A DNA stretch of 64,000 bases from Octopus vulgaris (taxonomy: Eukaryota), in assembly GCA_951406725.2 (NCBI GenBank), contig OX597825.1, positions 65,968,001 through 66,032,000 on the forward strand, written 5' to 3'. The notes under the pieces are model-generated. The model did not search any database. It worked only from the letters and a program-made list of their open reading frames with translations, and had not been told where the DNA came from. Below are positions 47,359-61,245 of the stretch, one piece after another. Position numbers and translations under genes: made by a program. Numbering within the stretch: position 1 is the first letter of the stretch; each line of letters starts with the position of its first letter.

Positions 47359-48439
47359 ATGTATATCATTGTCATAAAGACCACACTTGTCGGAGAAAGA
47401 GTGAAGTTAAATCTGAAGGTGTTATTCAATGGCTGAAACAGAAAGGGTAGGACACTTCTGAGAACCACATTTTGGGCACCCGAGTCGTGTTATTCGACCG
47501 GAAGCCTTGCTCTAATACTTACAACAGAATAGATTTTTCTAATCTGCTCGAGGGTTTAGTGAAAGTTTTAAACAGTCGATGGATTAAGTGAGCCACTGTA
47601 TAACAGAAACAGAACTCAGGACGAGCTTTCATATAGAAAATTCTACAAAATTCGTCCGTAGAGTCAATGGTAGAAGACACTTGTCATACATAGAAGAAGG
47701 GCCAATATCTACGGTATTTGCAGGCCACACCACACAAGCCTTCCCAGACTGAGTGTTGTAGTTAACGCCATCTGCTACTCATTGCCAAGAAAAGAAACAG
47801 ACGTGAAGGAGAACCTTCAGTCTACAACCAATAGGTTAGATTTTGATCTCTGAATAAGTTAGGGGAGATGTTACTTGCAGCGTTGTTAACAGCAATTTAG
47901 ATGTCCTCACCAAAAATTTATATCTCACTACTTTATTTATCTGAATACTTGCTCCCTTTTCTGAGCTTGTCCTAAATATGGCCTTGAACTGCATTCTGTA
48001 GTGAGATCCTGGTTCGGGAGTGTCAAGATTTTGAGGAATGCCAAACCACCTTATAGCCACTAAGTTTTCCAGACTACTCTGACCAGAAGTAAGTAGCACC
48101 CATCATGGTCCCAGCCATGGATAAAATACCTTAGAACTACCCAAGGCAGACTACTTTGAAATCATGGGATGCATTTCGGCAAATGAACTTATTAAGTCAA
48201 TGGCAAATATTATCAGGTGTTGAGTTGATGAACGGACAACAAACTATCAACAGCCAGGATCAACCAGTTCAGTTAGCGAATTACTGCTATTACCTGTAGT
48301 CGCGGTGTGTAGAGATATCTCAGCAGGTAAATAATCAATTCTGCTGAAACCCAAGCCAGACGTTCATGCCTCATTGCTCGATCGGGACATCTAGCGTAGG
48401 ATAGGGTTTCACAGGTCCAAGGAAGTCGCCCGACTGCAT

Positions 48440-48790
48440 TGAATGCTCTGAATGCTACATGGAGAATTCATTTAATCACGCACAGCTTTATTAAGATCTA
48501 CCAAAAGCGATTGAGATGATTCAGCAGAGAAGAATGAGAATCGTTTGTCATTGTATCAAGTACCCAGAAGAATCTCTGTGTCAACTGGTCTTATGGCAAT
48601 CAGTTGAAGGAAGAATCAACAAGGGAAGAAAACGTCTAACCTATGTGGACAACTTGCTTCAGGACAGTGGAATAGCAAATGTTGGTGAATTAAGAACATG
48701 CATGGAGATCCGTGGCGGATGGCGGACTCGCATGAAGTCATTGAAATGTCCGGAAGGACGGCCAAACTAAACTGGATTGATTGAATAATT
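48440..48790 (+). mobile_element. RTE/RTE-X-like LINE 3' fragment
   Basis: IQQRRMRIVCHCIKYPEESLCQLVLWQ...GRKRLTYVDNLLQDSG...ELRTCMEIRGGWR matches the RTE C-terminal pattern. Confidence 0.75.
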
Positions 48791-49100
48791 CGCGGCATGC
48801 TACAGCGCCTAAATAAAACAGATTTTAACCTCTATTTTCAATCAAGCTATCCCTCCCAAATTTTTAATAACGCCCCCACCCCAAGAGAGAGTTACAGTTT
48901 CTCTTTGAGAAACATGAATTTAGATACGCTGGGTAGTTGAATGCCGTGATGTTATACACGGAGTATTAGTAGCCAGTGAACTAGTTGGTACTCCATTGAC
49001 GCCAGTGAGAGCTATATCACCAGCCCTCCTGAACAAAATATCTTACACAAATCTAAAAAAAAAGAACACCATCATCAAAGACAACGTCTATTATACTTAC

Positions 49101-49400
49101 GTCTTAACGTAACTTCTTCTGAGCTGTTTCCATATTTGTTGTTTGCTATACATTCATATGTTCCAAAGTCTTTCTTTTTAAGATGTTTAATTCTTAGGAT
49201 GAAAGTATATTTGCTATTGCTTTGAACATCAAAATCTATTTCCATTCTTTTCTTTATAGCTGGAATTTTAGACACTTCAATGCCGTTCTTTCTCCAATTC
49301 ATAAAGGTCAGTGGAAGTGAATTAATCTTACAACGCAGTGTCATATGCTCGTCGAGTTTGCGGTTGATTACTTTGTTGGCAACTGACACTTTTGGTTTTC
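49101..49400 (-). CDS. Ig-superfamily gene, exon encoding a complete I-set Ig domain (KPKVSV...TLRCKINSLP...NWRKNG...LRIKHLKKKDFGTYECIANNKYGNSSEEVTLR)
   Basis: Acceptor ttttaatccttgcag|GA and donor AGAC|gtaagt; 300 nt, phase 1/1; canonical Cys, Trp and DxGxYxC-x-A-x-N-x-x-G motifs, like the membrane-proximal domain of lachesin/DIP/IgLON proteins. Confidence 0.95.
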
Positions 49401-49616
49401 CTGCAAGGATTAAAACATAAAATAAACCACAAAATTCAAAGTTTATGTGAATTTGTAAACATTTATATTGCAATAAGAACTGCCTTCCGCCTCGAACATT
49501 CTCGTCCACCCAACTACACACACACACACTATATATATATATATAAATGTGGCCGCGTGTGTACCGTTGGCGATTTTTTTCCTCTGTCTTCCTTTCTCTG
49601 GATCTTTCCTTTTACT

Positions 49617-49651
49617 GTTTCTGACGAAGAGCTCCGCTCGAAACGTTAAAC
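49617..49651 (+). ncRNA. Minimal type I hammerhead ribozyme motif within a ~205-bp (TA)n-flanked element (49547-49752)
   Basis: GTTT-CTGACGA-a-GAGC-tcc-GCTC-GAAAC-GT-T-AAAC: catalytic boxes, stem II, palindromic stem III (ACGT) and stem I GTTT/AAAC. Confidence 0.6.
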
Positions 49652-49747
49652 CCTCCTTCTTTCCTTCTTTCCTGAGCGTCCAATAATACTATATGTATTC
49701 CACGTCCTCGCGTTGTTGTGTTTTTTTGTGCTTTCTTGTTTGGATTA

Positions 49748-49808
<61 letters not shown>

Positions 49809-49812
<4 letters not shown>

Positions 49813-50304
49813 GGCAAAATGTATGTGTATCTGTGTGTCTGTGTGTCCTTTATACAAATTCACAGTTTTTCACGTAAAAGGCTCGCATTTTCTATGGGCT
49901 TTCAAAACTGTTTGAGGGGAGTCGTTAAGATCTTTTCATTTCCCCAGTCACCCCAGAAAACCATTTTAAAAAATCGATAAACTGACCCCTTATGCCTATA
50001 AGTTATTATGCGGCCAATTTCAAGTTTTTCGCTTTCTTCTGCCTCCTTTTTTGTCCGACTAATAGCATGTGCACAGTCCTGCAGATTTTCCATGATTATG
50101 CCGTTCCAGGTGTGAACGCCGAAGTCCAATGAATATTAATTACTCTCATAAAAAACTCCAGCTAGCTCATAAACAATAAAACTGGCCCGGGCTGAAATGT
50201 GATAAGGGACTTAGCTCTTGATTTAGTGAGAAATTTTTACTGCGACCCGGCAACGAACAACAAGCACTAGCACTAGACCCGGCAACGCCGTGTCATAGTG
50301 CTAG
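49809..50304 (+). mobile_element. Non-autonomous Helitron-like element
   Basis: 3' end cccggcaacgccgtg...GCTAG followed by T; GT-rich 5' segment. Confidence 0.6.
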
Positions 50305-50326
50305 TATATATAGGGGTATATATAGC

Positions 50327-50489
50327 CACAGGAGTGGCTGTGTGGTAAGTAGCTTGCTAACCAACCACATGGTTCCGGCTTCAGTCCCACTGCGTGGCAT
50401 CTTGAGCAAGTGTCTTCTGCTATAGCCCCGGGCCGACCAATGCCTTGTGAGTGGATTTGGTAGACGGAAACTGAAAGAAGCCTGTCGTA

Positions 50490-50530
<41 letters not shown>

Positions 50531-50737
50531 ATGTGTGTGTGTTTGTCCCCCTAGCATTGCTTGACAACCGATGCTGGTGTGTTTACGTCCCCGTCACTTA
50601 GCGGTTCGGCAAAAGAAACCGATAGAATAAGTACTGGGCTTACAAAGAATAAGTCCCGGGATTGATTTGCTCGACTAAAGGCGGTGCTCCAGCATGGCCG
50701 CAGTCAAATGACTGAAACAAGTAAAAGAGTAAAAGAG

Positions 50738-50740
<3 letters not shown>
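50327..50740 (+). mobile_element. SINE family B, full length, with internal (TA)/(TG) tract (others at 3185-, 14303+, 17375-, 37730-, 53675+, 55950+, 56372-, 63270+)
   Basis: tggctgtgtggtaag...ttcagtccc head, cttgggcaagt-type core and gctccagcatggccgcagtc...gtaaaagagtaaaaga tail. Confidence 0.9.
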
Positions 50741-50791
<51 letters not shown>

Positions 50792-50796
<5 letters not shown>

Positions 50797-51162
50797 TTGT
50801 ATACTGTCAGTCTAACAAGAACGTGACAGTAGGGGGTACACCACCGTTATATAGCCCTAGGAGGCATCGAACGCCTCCTGACAGCTTCGACACATTTTAT
50901 CCTGTGTCCTTATATACACATACGAAGGTGTCCCTAGATGCAGTTCCGGCGGTTGGGGGTGTTTGTCTCCCCTTCGTATGTGTATATAAGGACACAGGAT
51001 AAAATGTATCGAAGCTGTCAGGAGGCGTTCGATGCCTCCTATGGGCTATATAACGGTGGTGTACCCCCTACTGTCACGTTCTTGTTAGATTGACAGTATA
51101 CAACCATTATATCGCTCCACCACCGTACACCTCTCTACGAGAGATTTAGAAACTCAATATTT

Positions 51163-51166
<4 letters not shown>
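50792..51166. mobile_element. Asymmetric fold-back element in (TA)n, arms of about 135 bp
   Basis: atggttgtatactgtca...catacgaagg is mirrored at 50972-51107; about 55-bp extension on the right. Confidence 0.8.
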
Positions 51167-51224
<58 letters not shown>

Positions 51225-52699
51225 GTAGTATCAGCGTCAAGCAGTGATTAGGCATAAGCGAACCTTAGGTTACGGTACAAAGGTGTTTTTACACCTTTTA
51301 CCATAAGAGAGAAGTTTTTCTCCACGTAACAGTAGTGAATTTGCCTTCAGAAGTTGAAATATGTCAGAAACATATTTTAACTGACCTAAAGTTCGAAAAT
51401 GTGGTCGATGATTTTCATTACACTTGCGCTGCTTTTGTTTCATATTTAAATTTATTGTTACGTAAGCATTGTCCAAGCATACCACCACATGGTTTACACA
51501 GTATATGCATATAAGTTGTGGACTGGCGGTATGATTCTCATCCGATTCGATTCGAGTACGTGATGTTGATATGCCACAAAAATGGCGGAACATCGAGGTC
51601 CACCACTCCTGGATGGGATGAGGGGTGAGTTATCTCGCCTATCCACGACTCCCGGTTGTTTTAACACACGACGCTTTGAGAGAGAGTAATCTACACCACG
51701 CCGAATCGCAGCCGACCGACAAATACAAGGAGTATTTTCATTGAGTATGTGGTTGATCGTCATGCAAAAGTTATCGGCTATACATGCTTAGCAAATGTTT
51801 TGCTTATACGCCCATTTGTTGCCCGATGAAAGCTCTGTACACGACACCTGGGTATTACAAAAACACCGAATGCCACAGACCAGGCGTGACAACTCGCCTC
51901 GAATGACAAAGGATAGCAGATATCGATATTTCGCCATTATCGTGATTTCCCAATACCAGGTACTTGGACCAGCTCGAGACGAAGTGAAACATTGGTCTGG
52001 GACTCTATGCAAATAGAGTGAATTCTGATTGCTAATGTACTGCAGCGTAGCACATGTGAAAGGAAATTAAATTACGAATTAAAAGCAGTTCTAATAAAAT
52101 AAGCATTATCGGTTGCTATCCCGCAATAAATGGGCGTATAAACAAAACACATACGCTATGTATTTGCAACTGATAATATTTATATCATTAGAGCTGCTAT
52201 TAATTTGTAATTTAATCTCCTTTTACATGTGCTACGCCGCTGCACATGAGCAATTAGACTTCACCCAGTCCAGCGATTCACTTCGTTTCGAAGTGATCCA
52301 AGCATATGGTTCTGATAAGCCGCAAAAATTACGAAATATCGATATTTACCGTTCTCAGTCATTCGAGGCGAGCTGACACGCATGGTCTGGGATAGTCAAT
52401 GTTCTTTGCCACTCTGACGTCGTGTACGGAACTTTCCCTGGACGCTCCACCGAAGCAAAATGAGCGTGTAAACGTAACACATAAACTAGGTATGTGACCG
52501 ATAGTAAATATTTTTTTTTCGATGGCCAGATAACTGAAGAGATGGCGGCATGGGTCCCCGCCCCGACATCCGAAACTCGGAGTTTCATCATGGCTACCGA
52601 ATAACTGTCACATATTAATTTTACAGATAAATTCCTCAATTTACATAATATCGAGGTCTCTTTCATTCTTTTGTTGTCTTACCATTCCTATCACAGCAC

Positions 52700-53395
52700 T
52701 TATAAAATAAATATTCACTCTTCTTTTCTGCTTTCACCATAAACAAAAAATATCCCGTACACATGATACAATCTTTAGTTAAATTGCATATATCTGCCAC
52801 TTAGATAAGCGTGAATATTTCACGGAATTGCACTTACGTACGTGCGTTAAGTGATGGGTTATATGAAAACTTAGTTCAATAAAAAATATACACTTTTCAC
52901 TATCCAATTACAAACACCATCATCATCATCATTTCTTTCTTCCTACTCTCTTTCTTCTCTCTCCCTTCTCCTTCTCTCTCTCTCTCTCTCTCTCTCTCTG
53001 TACCTTCTCCCTCTTTCTTTAACCTCACCTTCAGAACATCACCCCTCTGCTAAAATTATATTTTTAACTTTCTTCCTCTATATCACTACCTTCAACCAAC
53101 TTTTTTTGACCATGTAATAAATATTACGTTGCCCCTACCTCACGTCATTGGACGCTTCTCTCTCCCTCTGTTTCTTTCTCCCTTTTTCTGTCTCACTCTT
53201 TTTCTTTCTCCCTTTTCTTTCTCCTCTCTTTCATTTCACCCATTAATATGAAAGCGTTACAATTACATTCCCTTTACCTAACGCAAAGGACGCTTCTTTC
53301 TCTCCCTCTTTTTCTCCCTCCCTCTTTTTCTCTAATCATATGAAAGCGTTACCGACGGACTAAGTAACGCAATAACAAGCAGAATTATTATAAGA
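52700..53395 (-). mobile_element. Helitron-like element (5' part)
   Basis: Minus strand begins A|TCTTATAATAA...gcgttacttagtccgtcggtaacgc (hairpin), then a long AG-rich tract. Confidence 0.4.
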
Positions 53396-54085
53396 TATAT
53401 TATTTCATAACTTACAATATCCAATATGTACATCTTTATTTAAAACATTAGGGAGTAATTTTAAGGAAAATGTAGCTATTAATTTTTGCAAGCCCGTCAT
53501 CTCTATACATGCCTCATTTTAATACTCGTTGGGGCTATTGTTGTTATTAGTGCTTTAAAAATTACTGGTGATGTTGGTATTTCTGTTGTTATTTATTGTT
53601 GCTACACTTTTGTATGTCATTGGTGATGCTGATGTTGCTGTTTGTTGTTGACACTATTTTTAATATTACTGATGGTGTGGCGGTGTGGTAAGAAGCTTTC
53701 TTCCTAACCACATGGTTCCAGCTTCAATCCCACTGTGTGGCAACTTGGACGAGTGTTTGTTTTTTTACGGTAGTTTCAGGCCGACTGAGAGTGGATTTGG
53801 TAAACAAAAGCTGAAAGAAGCTCGTTGTGTGCATGTGTGTGTATGTGTGTGTGTGTAATGGAATAATTACCAGGCTTAACAAAATTAATTATTGGGATCG
53901 ATTCATTCGACCAACAGTTCTTTAAGGTGGTGCCCAAGCATGGCCGCAGCCTAATGACTGAAACAAGTAAATGAATAGGAGAATAAAAGAATTATGTTTA
54001 AGCCGTCGATCTGGCAAAGTCATTAGTATAATGGTCAAAATGCTTAGTAGCATTTCGTCCGTCTTTACGTTCTGATTTCACAATC

Positions 54086-54215
54086 CGACTTTGCCGTTCG
54101 AGCACTGGGATCGACTTTGCAGTTCGAGCAATGGGATCGATTTTGCCGTTCGAGCATTGGGATCGACTTTGCCGTTCGAGCACTGGGATCGACTTTGCAG
54201 TTCGAGCACTGGGAT
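54086..54215 (+). repeat. 26-bp minisatellite, five copies, inside a SINE-A
   Basis: Units of cgactttgc(c/a)gttcgagcactgggat. Confidence 0.9.
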
Positions 54216-54859
54216 CGATGTAATCGATTTAACCCACCACCATCACACACACACCCCACTACACCTCACCAACGCCCCGAAATTGCTGGCCTTGTGTCAA
54301 AATCTGAAGCCAATATCATTGATGGTGTTGATGTTGGAATGGCTTTTGCTCCAAAACATCTCTAGTTAAATAGAAGGGATTTGTAGTTTTTATTACACGG
54401 CTTATCTGCTAGAAACATACGGGGATAGGGGACGGGGAGAGGACATGAGTGAAATATCAACATGACGCATCTGTGATATCTTCTGTTTATAGCTAACATT
54501 TCACCTCATAATTATACAGACAACTCACCACAGTCGCAGGAGCTGGATAAATGGATAGGTGTTTGTGTATGAGAGATTACACGCACACACGCGCAAACAT
54601 ACATACACAAACACACACATACATACACACATACGCACTCATACACATTCACAGATACACACATACATATATGCATATATATATATTTTATATATATATA
54701 TATATACACGCATGCAAGTACCTAAAGACATGTATATATACCTATATATCTTTGTGAGTGTAGAGGTCTTTATATATGTCTTTACACACACACACACACA
54801 CACACATCTGTGTGTGTACGTATGTATATAATATATGAGTATGTGTGTGTAAGTACGTA

Positions 54860-54914
<55 letters not shown>

Positions 54915-54926
54915 AATATATATATG

Positions 54927-55033
<107 letters not shown>

Positions 55034-55574
55034 TTATATATATAATATAATATAATATATATAGATATATATAGATATAAACTCATACGTACACACATAC
55101 ACATACATATCAGTATACATATATAAATATGACCATGCGTGTGTGTTTTTGTGTGTATGTGCGTGAGTATGTATATATGCGTGTATGTATGGATGTACAC
55201 GTGCGTGCGTGTCTGTGAATGCATGCATGTATGTATGTATGTATGTATGTACGTACGTATGTATTTATGTATGTCAGTATATATGTACGTACGTATGTAT
55301 GTATGTATGTATGTATGTATGTATGTATGTATGTATGTATGTATGTTATTTAGGTATGTATGCATGTATGTATGTATGTATGTGTGTATGTATGTATGTA
55401 TGTATGTATGTATGTATGTATGTACGTACGTATGTATGTATGTATGTATGTATATATGTATGTATGTATGTATGTAAATATGTATGTTTGATTTAGGTAT
55501 GTATGCATATATGCAGGTATGTATGAATGCATGTATGTACGTTCGTACACATGTACGTATGAATGTATATATAT

Positions 55575-55665
<91 letters not shown>

Positions 55666-56541
55666 AATGCCTGTATGCATGTATGTGCGTACGTACGTAA
55701 GTATGTATGTATGTATGTATGTATGTATGTATGTATGTATGTATGTATGTATGCATGTATGTATGTATGTATACATGTATGCTTTAGCAACTAGAATTAC
55801 AAATACAAATAAGTTTTAGTAAAGACTCCCTTGTCTAGCTGCCTGGATATGTGAAGAATACAGTTATTTAAACGAGGCTAAGTGTACAAATTTTTTAAGT
55901 TTACGTGTACTCGGTTATAATCCACGCGGACACAAGCATTCGAATACTGAACTGAGCTAAGACGTTTGCTTCCCAATCACATGGTTCCGTGTTCAGTACC
56001 ACTGCGTGGCACCTTGGGCAAGTGTCTTCTACTATTACCTCGGGCCGACCGAAACCTTGTGATTGGATTTGGTAGACGGAAACTGAAAGAAGCCCATCGT
56101 ATATACGTATATACATATATGTATGTGTATGTGTGTATATATGTTTGTGTGTCTGTGTTTGTCCCCCCAACATCGCTTGACAACCGATACTGGTGTGTTT
56201 ACGTTCACGTAACTTAGCGGTTCGGTAAAAGAGACCGATAGAAGAAGTACTGGGCTTACAAAGAATAAATCCTGGGGTCGATTTGCTCGACTAAAGGCGG
56301 TGCTCCAGCATGGCCGACGTCAAATGACTGAAACAAGTAAAAGATAAAAGATATTTTCCAACAGGTGTATTTTCTTTTACTTGTTTCAGTCATTTGACTG
56401 CGGCCATACTGGAGCATCGCCTTTAGCCGAACAAATCGACCCCAGCCTAGTACTTATTCTATTGGTCACTTTTGCCGAACCGCTAAGTTACGTGGACGTA
56501 AACATACCAACATCGATTGCCAAGCGATGGTGGCGGGACAA

Positions 56542-56615
<74 letters not shown>

Positions 56616-56973
56616 CGACAGGCTTCTTTCAGTTTCCGTCCACCAACTCCATTCACAAGGCTTTGATCTACCCGAAGCTATAGTAGAAGACACTCGCCCA
56701 GGGTGCCACGCAGTGGGACTGAACCCGGAACCACGTGGTTGAGAAGTCAGCTTCTTACCACACAGCCACTCCTGCGGTGATAATATATTCGTATAATGAT
56801 AATATATTCAATATTCTCATTTCTTTTTTTTTTGTCGGTAACATATCGACAAACACGTACACACATAATTATATATTTTTTATGTGTGTGTTAGTGCACT
56901 GCGGTTAGACTTTGTTCACTCTTTAAGGATACCTGTACGATTCTATTTTACTCTCTCTCTCACTCTCTCACTC

Positions 56974-57023
<50 letters not shown>

Positions 57024-57029
57024 CTCTTG

Positions 57030-57328
<299 letters not shown>

Positions 57329-58399
57329 TATGTGTAGTTTATATTGGCACGCGGACGTTCGAGTGCATATGTATGTATTCTTCTATTTTTAACTCTGGAA
57401 TTTTCATATAAAGAAGGGAAGGTGCGTGGATCAGTGGTTAGAGCATTCGGCTCGCGATCGTAAGGTCATGAGTTCGATTCCCGGCCGCCCGATTGTGTCC
57501 TCGAGCAAGACACTTTATTTCACGTTGCTCTAGTTCATTCAGCTGGCAGAAAATGAATGGTACCTCTATTTCAAAGGGCCAGCCTTGTCACACTCTGTGT
57601 CCCCGAGAACTACACTAAGGGCAGACGTGTCTGTGGAGTGCTCAGCCACTTGCACATTAATTTCGCGAACAGGCTGTTCCATTGGTCGGATCAACTGGAA
57701 CCTTTTATTATCCTAGCCGACGGAGTACCATATAAGGAAGGAATTGGTCTCAATTAAAGACACAAATTCCCATTGCAAGAAGAACAGTGAACATAAGAAA
57801 AAACTTGCATACTTTTACTGCCCCGCACAGAAATTGTATTATTGCAGAGTGTATGTATGTATAGACGTATCTATACAAACAGGCGCATAGCCTAGTGGTT
57901 AGAGCCTTCCACTCACGCTTATAAGTTCTTGGGTTCAATTCCAGACAAGCGTTGTAGAGTTAAGCAAGGCTCTTCATTTCATATTGCTCTGGTTTGCTCA
58001 ACTCTACATAGAACCAAGGTCAGATTTAACCCTAGCGGTCCGACTCTCACATCCTGGTTACTCCGTTTTCCATATATTCACATATACATACAATATACAT
58101 ACAAATTCACGTATTTGCATACAAGAAATATAGGCAGAGCATACCCAGGAAATCTTGTATCAAGTTCATATACAACAGACCTAACATAGTTATTATATAC
58201 ATATATGGCTATATATACGTATACAAATATAAATATATATAAATATACATATATATATACACTCACACACACACACATACATAGTTACAAATATATATAT
58301 ATATGTGTGTGTGTGTATGAGTGGGTGTGTCTATATATATATATATATATAAATATATATATATTATATATGTATATATATATTATATATATATATATA

Positions 58400-58466
<67 letters not shown>

Positions 58467-58624
58467 CAGTAATGCAATACAAAGTATTGCCTTCCAGTAA
58501 AAAGTAGCCCGTGAGGGAAAATACACAAATTAGTAAATAAATGGCATTTTTACGTTCGCTATTTCCAGTAAATATCGGTACTTAGTTGTGCCATCTATTT
58601 ACTAATTTGTATATATATAATATA

Positions 58625-58990
58625 TATATATATACATACATATACATATACATATTCATATATATATTTTATATATATACATATGCACATACATATATAT
58701 ATATATATACATACATATACATATACATATTCATATATATATTTTATATATATACATATGCACATACATATATATATATATATACATACATATACATATA
58801 CATATTCATATATATATTTTATATATATACATATGCACATACATATATATATATATATACATACATATACATATACATATTCATATATATTTTTTATATA
58901 TATACATATGCACATACATATATATATATATATATATACATACATATACATATACATATTCATATATATATTTTATATATATACATATGC

Positions 58991-59015
<25 letters not shown>
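58625..59015. repeat. AT-rich minisatellite, unit about 75 bp, five copies
   Basis: Recurring catattcatatatat...tttatatatatacatatgcacatac. Confidence 0.8.
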
Positions 59016-59028
<13 letters not shown>

Positions 59029-59169
59029 TTTTAAATGTCTTACTTTGAAAAATTGCATTCGGTGGGATTAGTAATATTTTTGGTAGAAATGACTAATTGT
59101 CCCTCTTAGCGTGTGGCATGTATGTATAATGCCCTCTGGCATGTATGTATAATGCCCTCTATATATAAA

Positions 59170-59221
<52 letters not shown>

Positions 59222-59246
59222 ACGTGCATACACATTGATACAACAC

Positions 59247-59297
<51 letters not shown>

Positions 59298-59837
59298 TGA
59301 GATAGTTGGTGTGTGAACAGAGGAGGAGGAAAGAGAGAGCGAGACAGACAGACAGACAAACAGACAGAGACGCAGACAAGCAATACGTAGTCTCTCAATC
59401 CGCCTCAGAACAAACTTCGCATTAGAATTCCACCCTTCGCAGGCGAACACTCTTGCTATTGTTATTAAGACATGAGTCATTAAACACTACGCAATGTCTG
59501 TTTGGTTGCCAGTTGTTTATGTTGTTGGAAAATTCTTTAGGAAGTTGATTGGGCCGCTTACATTCCTATTCCTGCATCGTGGGGAATGAAGAGCATAGGA
59601 TGGTTATATAGTAAAATAGAATCTTGACAAAATTGTTTTTCAATCACTTGAAATGCTTTTTAATTTTTTTAATTTTCATGAGATTTTTTTTTTTTTAAGA
59701 TGTAGCTTTGTTATAGTTTTGTTGTGGATTCGCATGCTGATTACGAAAGTTATATTTATTTCAAACTCTACCGAGGTCAGCGTGAAAGCATACTTCTTTT
59801 ACTGCATTTGTTTAATACCTATTATGATAGGTTTCGA

Positions 59838-60685
59838 CAAGGTGGCGAGCTGGCAGAATCGTTAGCACGCCGGGCGAAATGCGTAGCCGTATCTCGTCTG
59901 CCGTTACATTCTGAGTTCAAATTCCGCCGAGGTCGACTTTGCCTTTCATCCTTTTGGGGTCGATCAAATAAGTACTAGTTACGCATTGGGGTCGATGTAA
60001 TCGACTTAATCCGTTTGTGTGTCCTTGTTTGTCCCCTCTATGTTTAGCCCCTTGTTGGCAATAAAGAAATAAGAATCGTTAGCACGCCAGGCGAAATGCT
60101 TAGCGGTATTTCGTCTGCCGTTACGTTCGGAGTTCAAATTCTGCCGAGGTCGACTTTGCCTTTCAATCGTTTTGGGGTCGATAAATTAAGTACCAGTTAC
60201 GCACTGGGATCGATGTAATCGACTTAATCCCTTTGTCTGTCCTTGTTTGTCCCCACTATGTTAAGCCCCTTGTGGGCAATAAAGAAATAAGAAACGTTAG
60301 CATGCTGGGCGAAATGCTTAGTGGTACTTCGTCTGACTTTACGTTCTGAGTTCAAATTCTGCCGAGGTCGACTTTGCTATTCATCTTTTGGGGGTTGAGA
60401 AATTAAGTACCAGTTACGCACTGGGGTCGATGTAATCGACTGGCCTCTCCCCAAAAGTTTCAGGCCTTGCGCCCAGAGTAGAAAAGAATCGTTACCACGC
60501 CGGGTAAAATGCTTAGCGGCATTTCCTCCGCTTTTATGCTCTGAATTCAAATTCCGCCGAGGTCGACTTTGCCTTTCATCCTTTCGGGGTCGATAAGTTA
60601 AGTATCAGGGAAATACTGGGGTCGACGTAATCGACTTATCCCCTCCCTGAACTTGTTGACTTTGTGCCAAAATTTGAAATCAATA
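59838..60685 (+). repeat. Tandem array of four SINE-A units
   Basis: Each unit restarts at gaatcgttag/gaaacgttag after the previous tail. Confidence 0.85.
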
Positions 60686-61245
60686 TGATACACTTCGATT
60701 CACAGAATCGTTTGAGGGAAGTCAGAATAAATGCCTCGGAACTTCTAGCCAGTTCTTTACGTTATGAGTTCAAATTCTTCCAAGACCATTTTCGTCTTCC
60801 ATACTTCCGAGTTTGGTAAATTAAAGAACCTGTGAAGTAAAGAGTAAAAGGGTAAAGACCTCCTTCGGTCATAAATGTCCATCGGATTACACCTAGACAG
60901 TTCCACTCCGAGGTACAAGTCCGGGCAAGGTTGTGTATAGAAGACCAGCAGTCGCCCATACATACCAGCCTCTCCTCTCCATGCCACTGATGTTATCCAA
61001 GGGAAAAAAATAGAGGCCGATACAGCTTGGCACCAATGACGTCACAACTGATTTCTACAGCTGAATGAAGTTGAGCAACGTGAAATAAAGTGTCTTGCTC
61101 ACCGACGTTTTAACCGCTAAGTCATGCGCCTTCACCACCAGCGAAGTACAGCTATCGATTTCATCAGTACCAATGAAGTACTGCTATTGATTTCATCGGC
61201 TACACCCTTCTGACTAAAATGTATAGAAATTAGTACAATACTTAC

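Noticed and set aside
47830-48420. Complex sequence and an 87-aa ORF next to the RTE fragment
   Set aside because: No recognisable motif or splice sites; probably a decayed TE but unassignable.
54086-54215. CRISPR-like appearance of short repeat arrays (also 7995-8087)
   Set aside because: No unique spacers, no cas genes, and a eukaryotic context.
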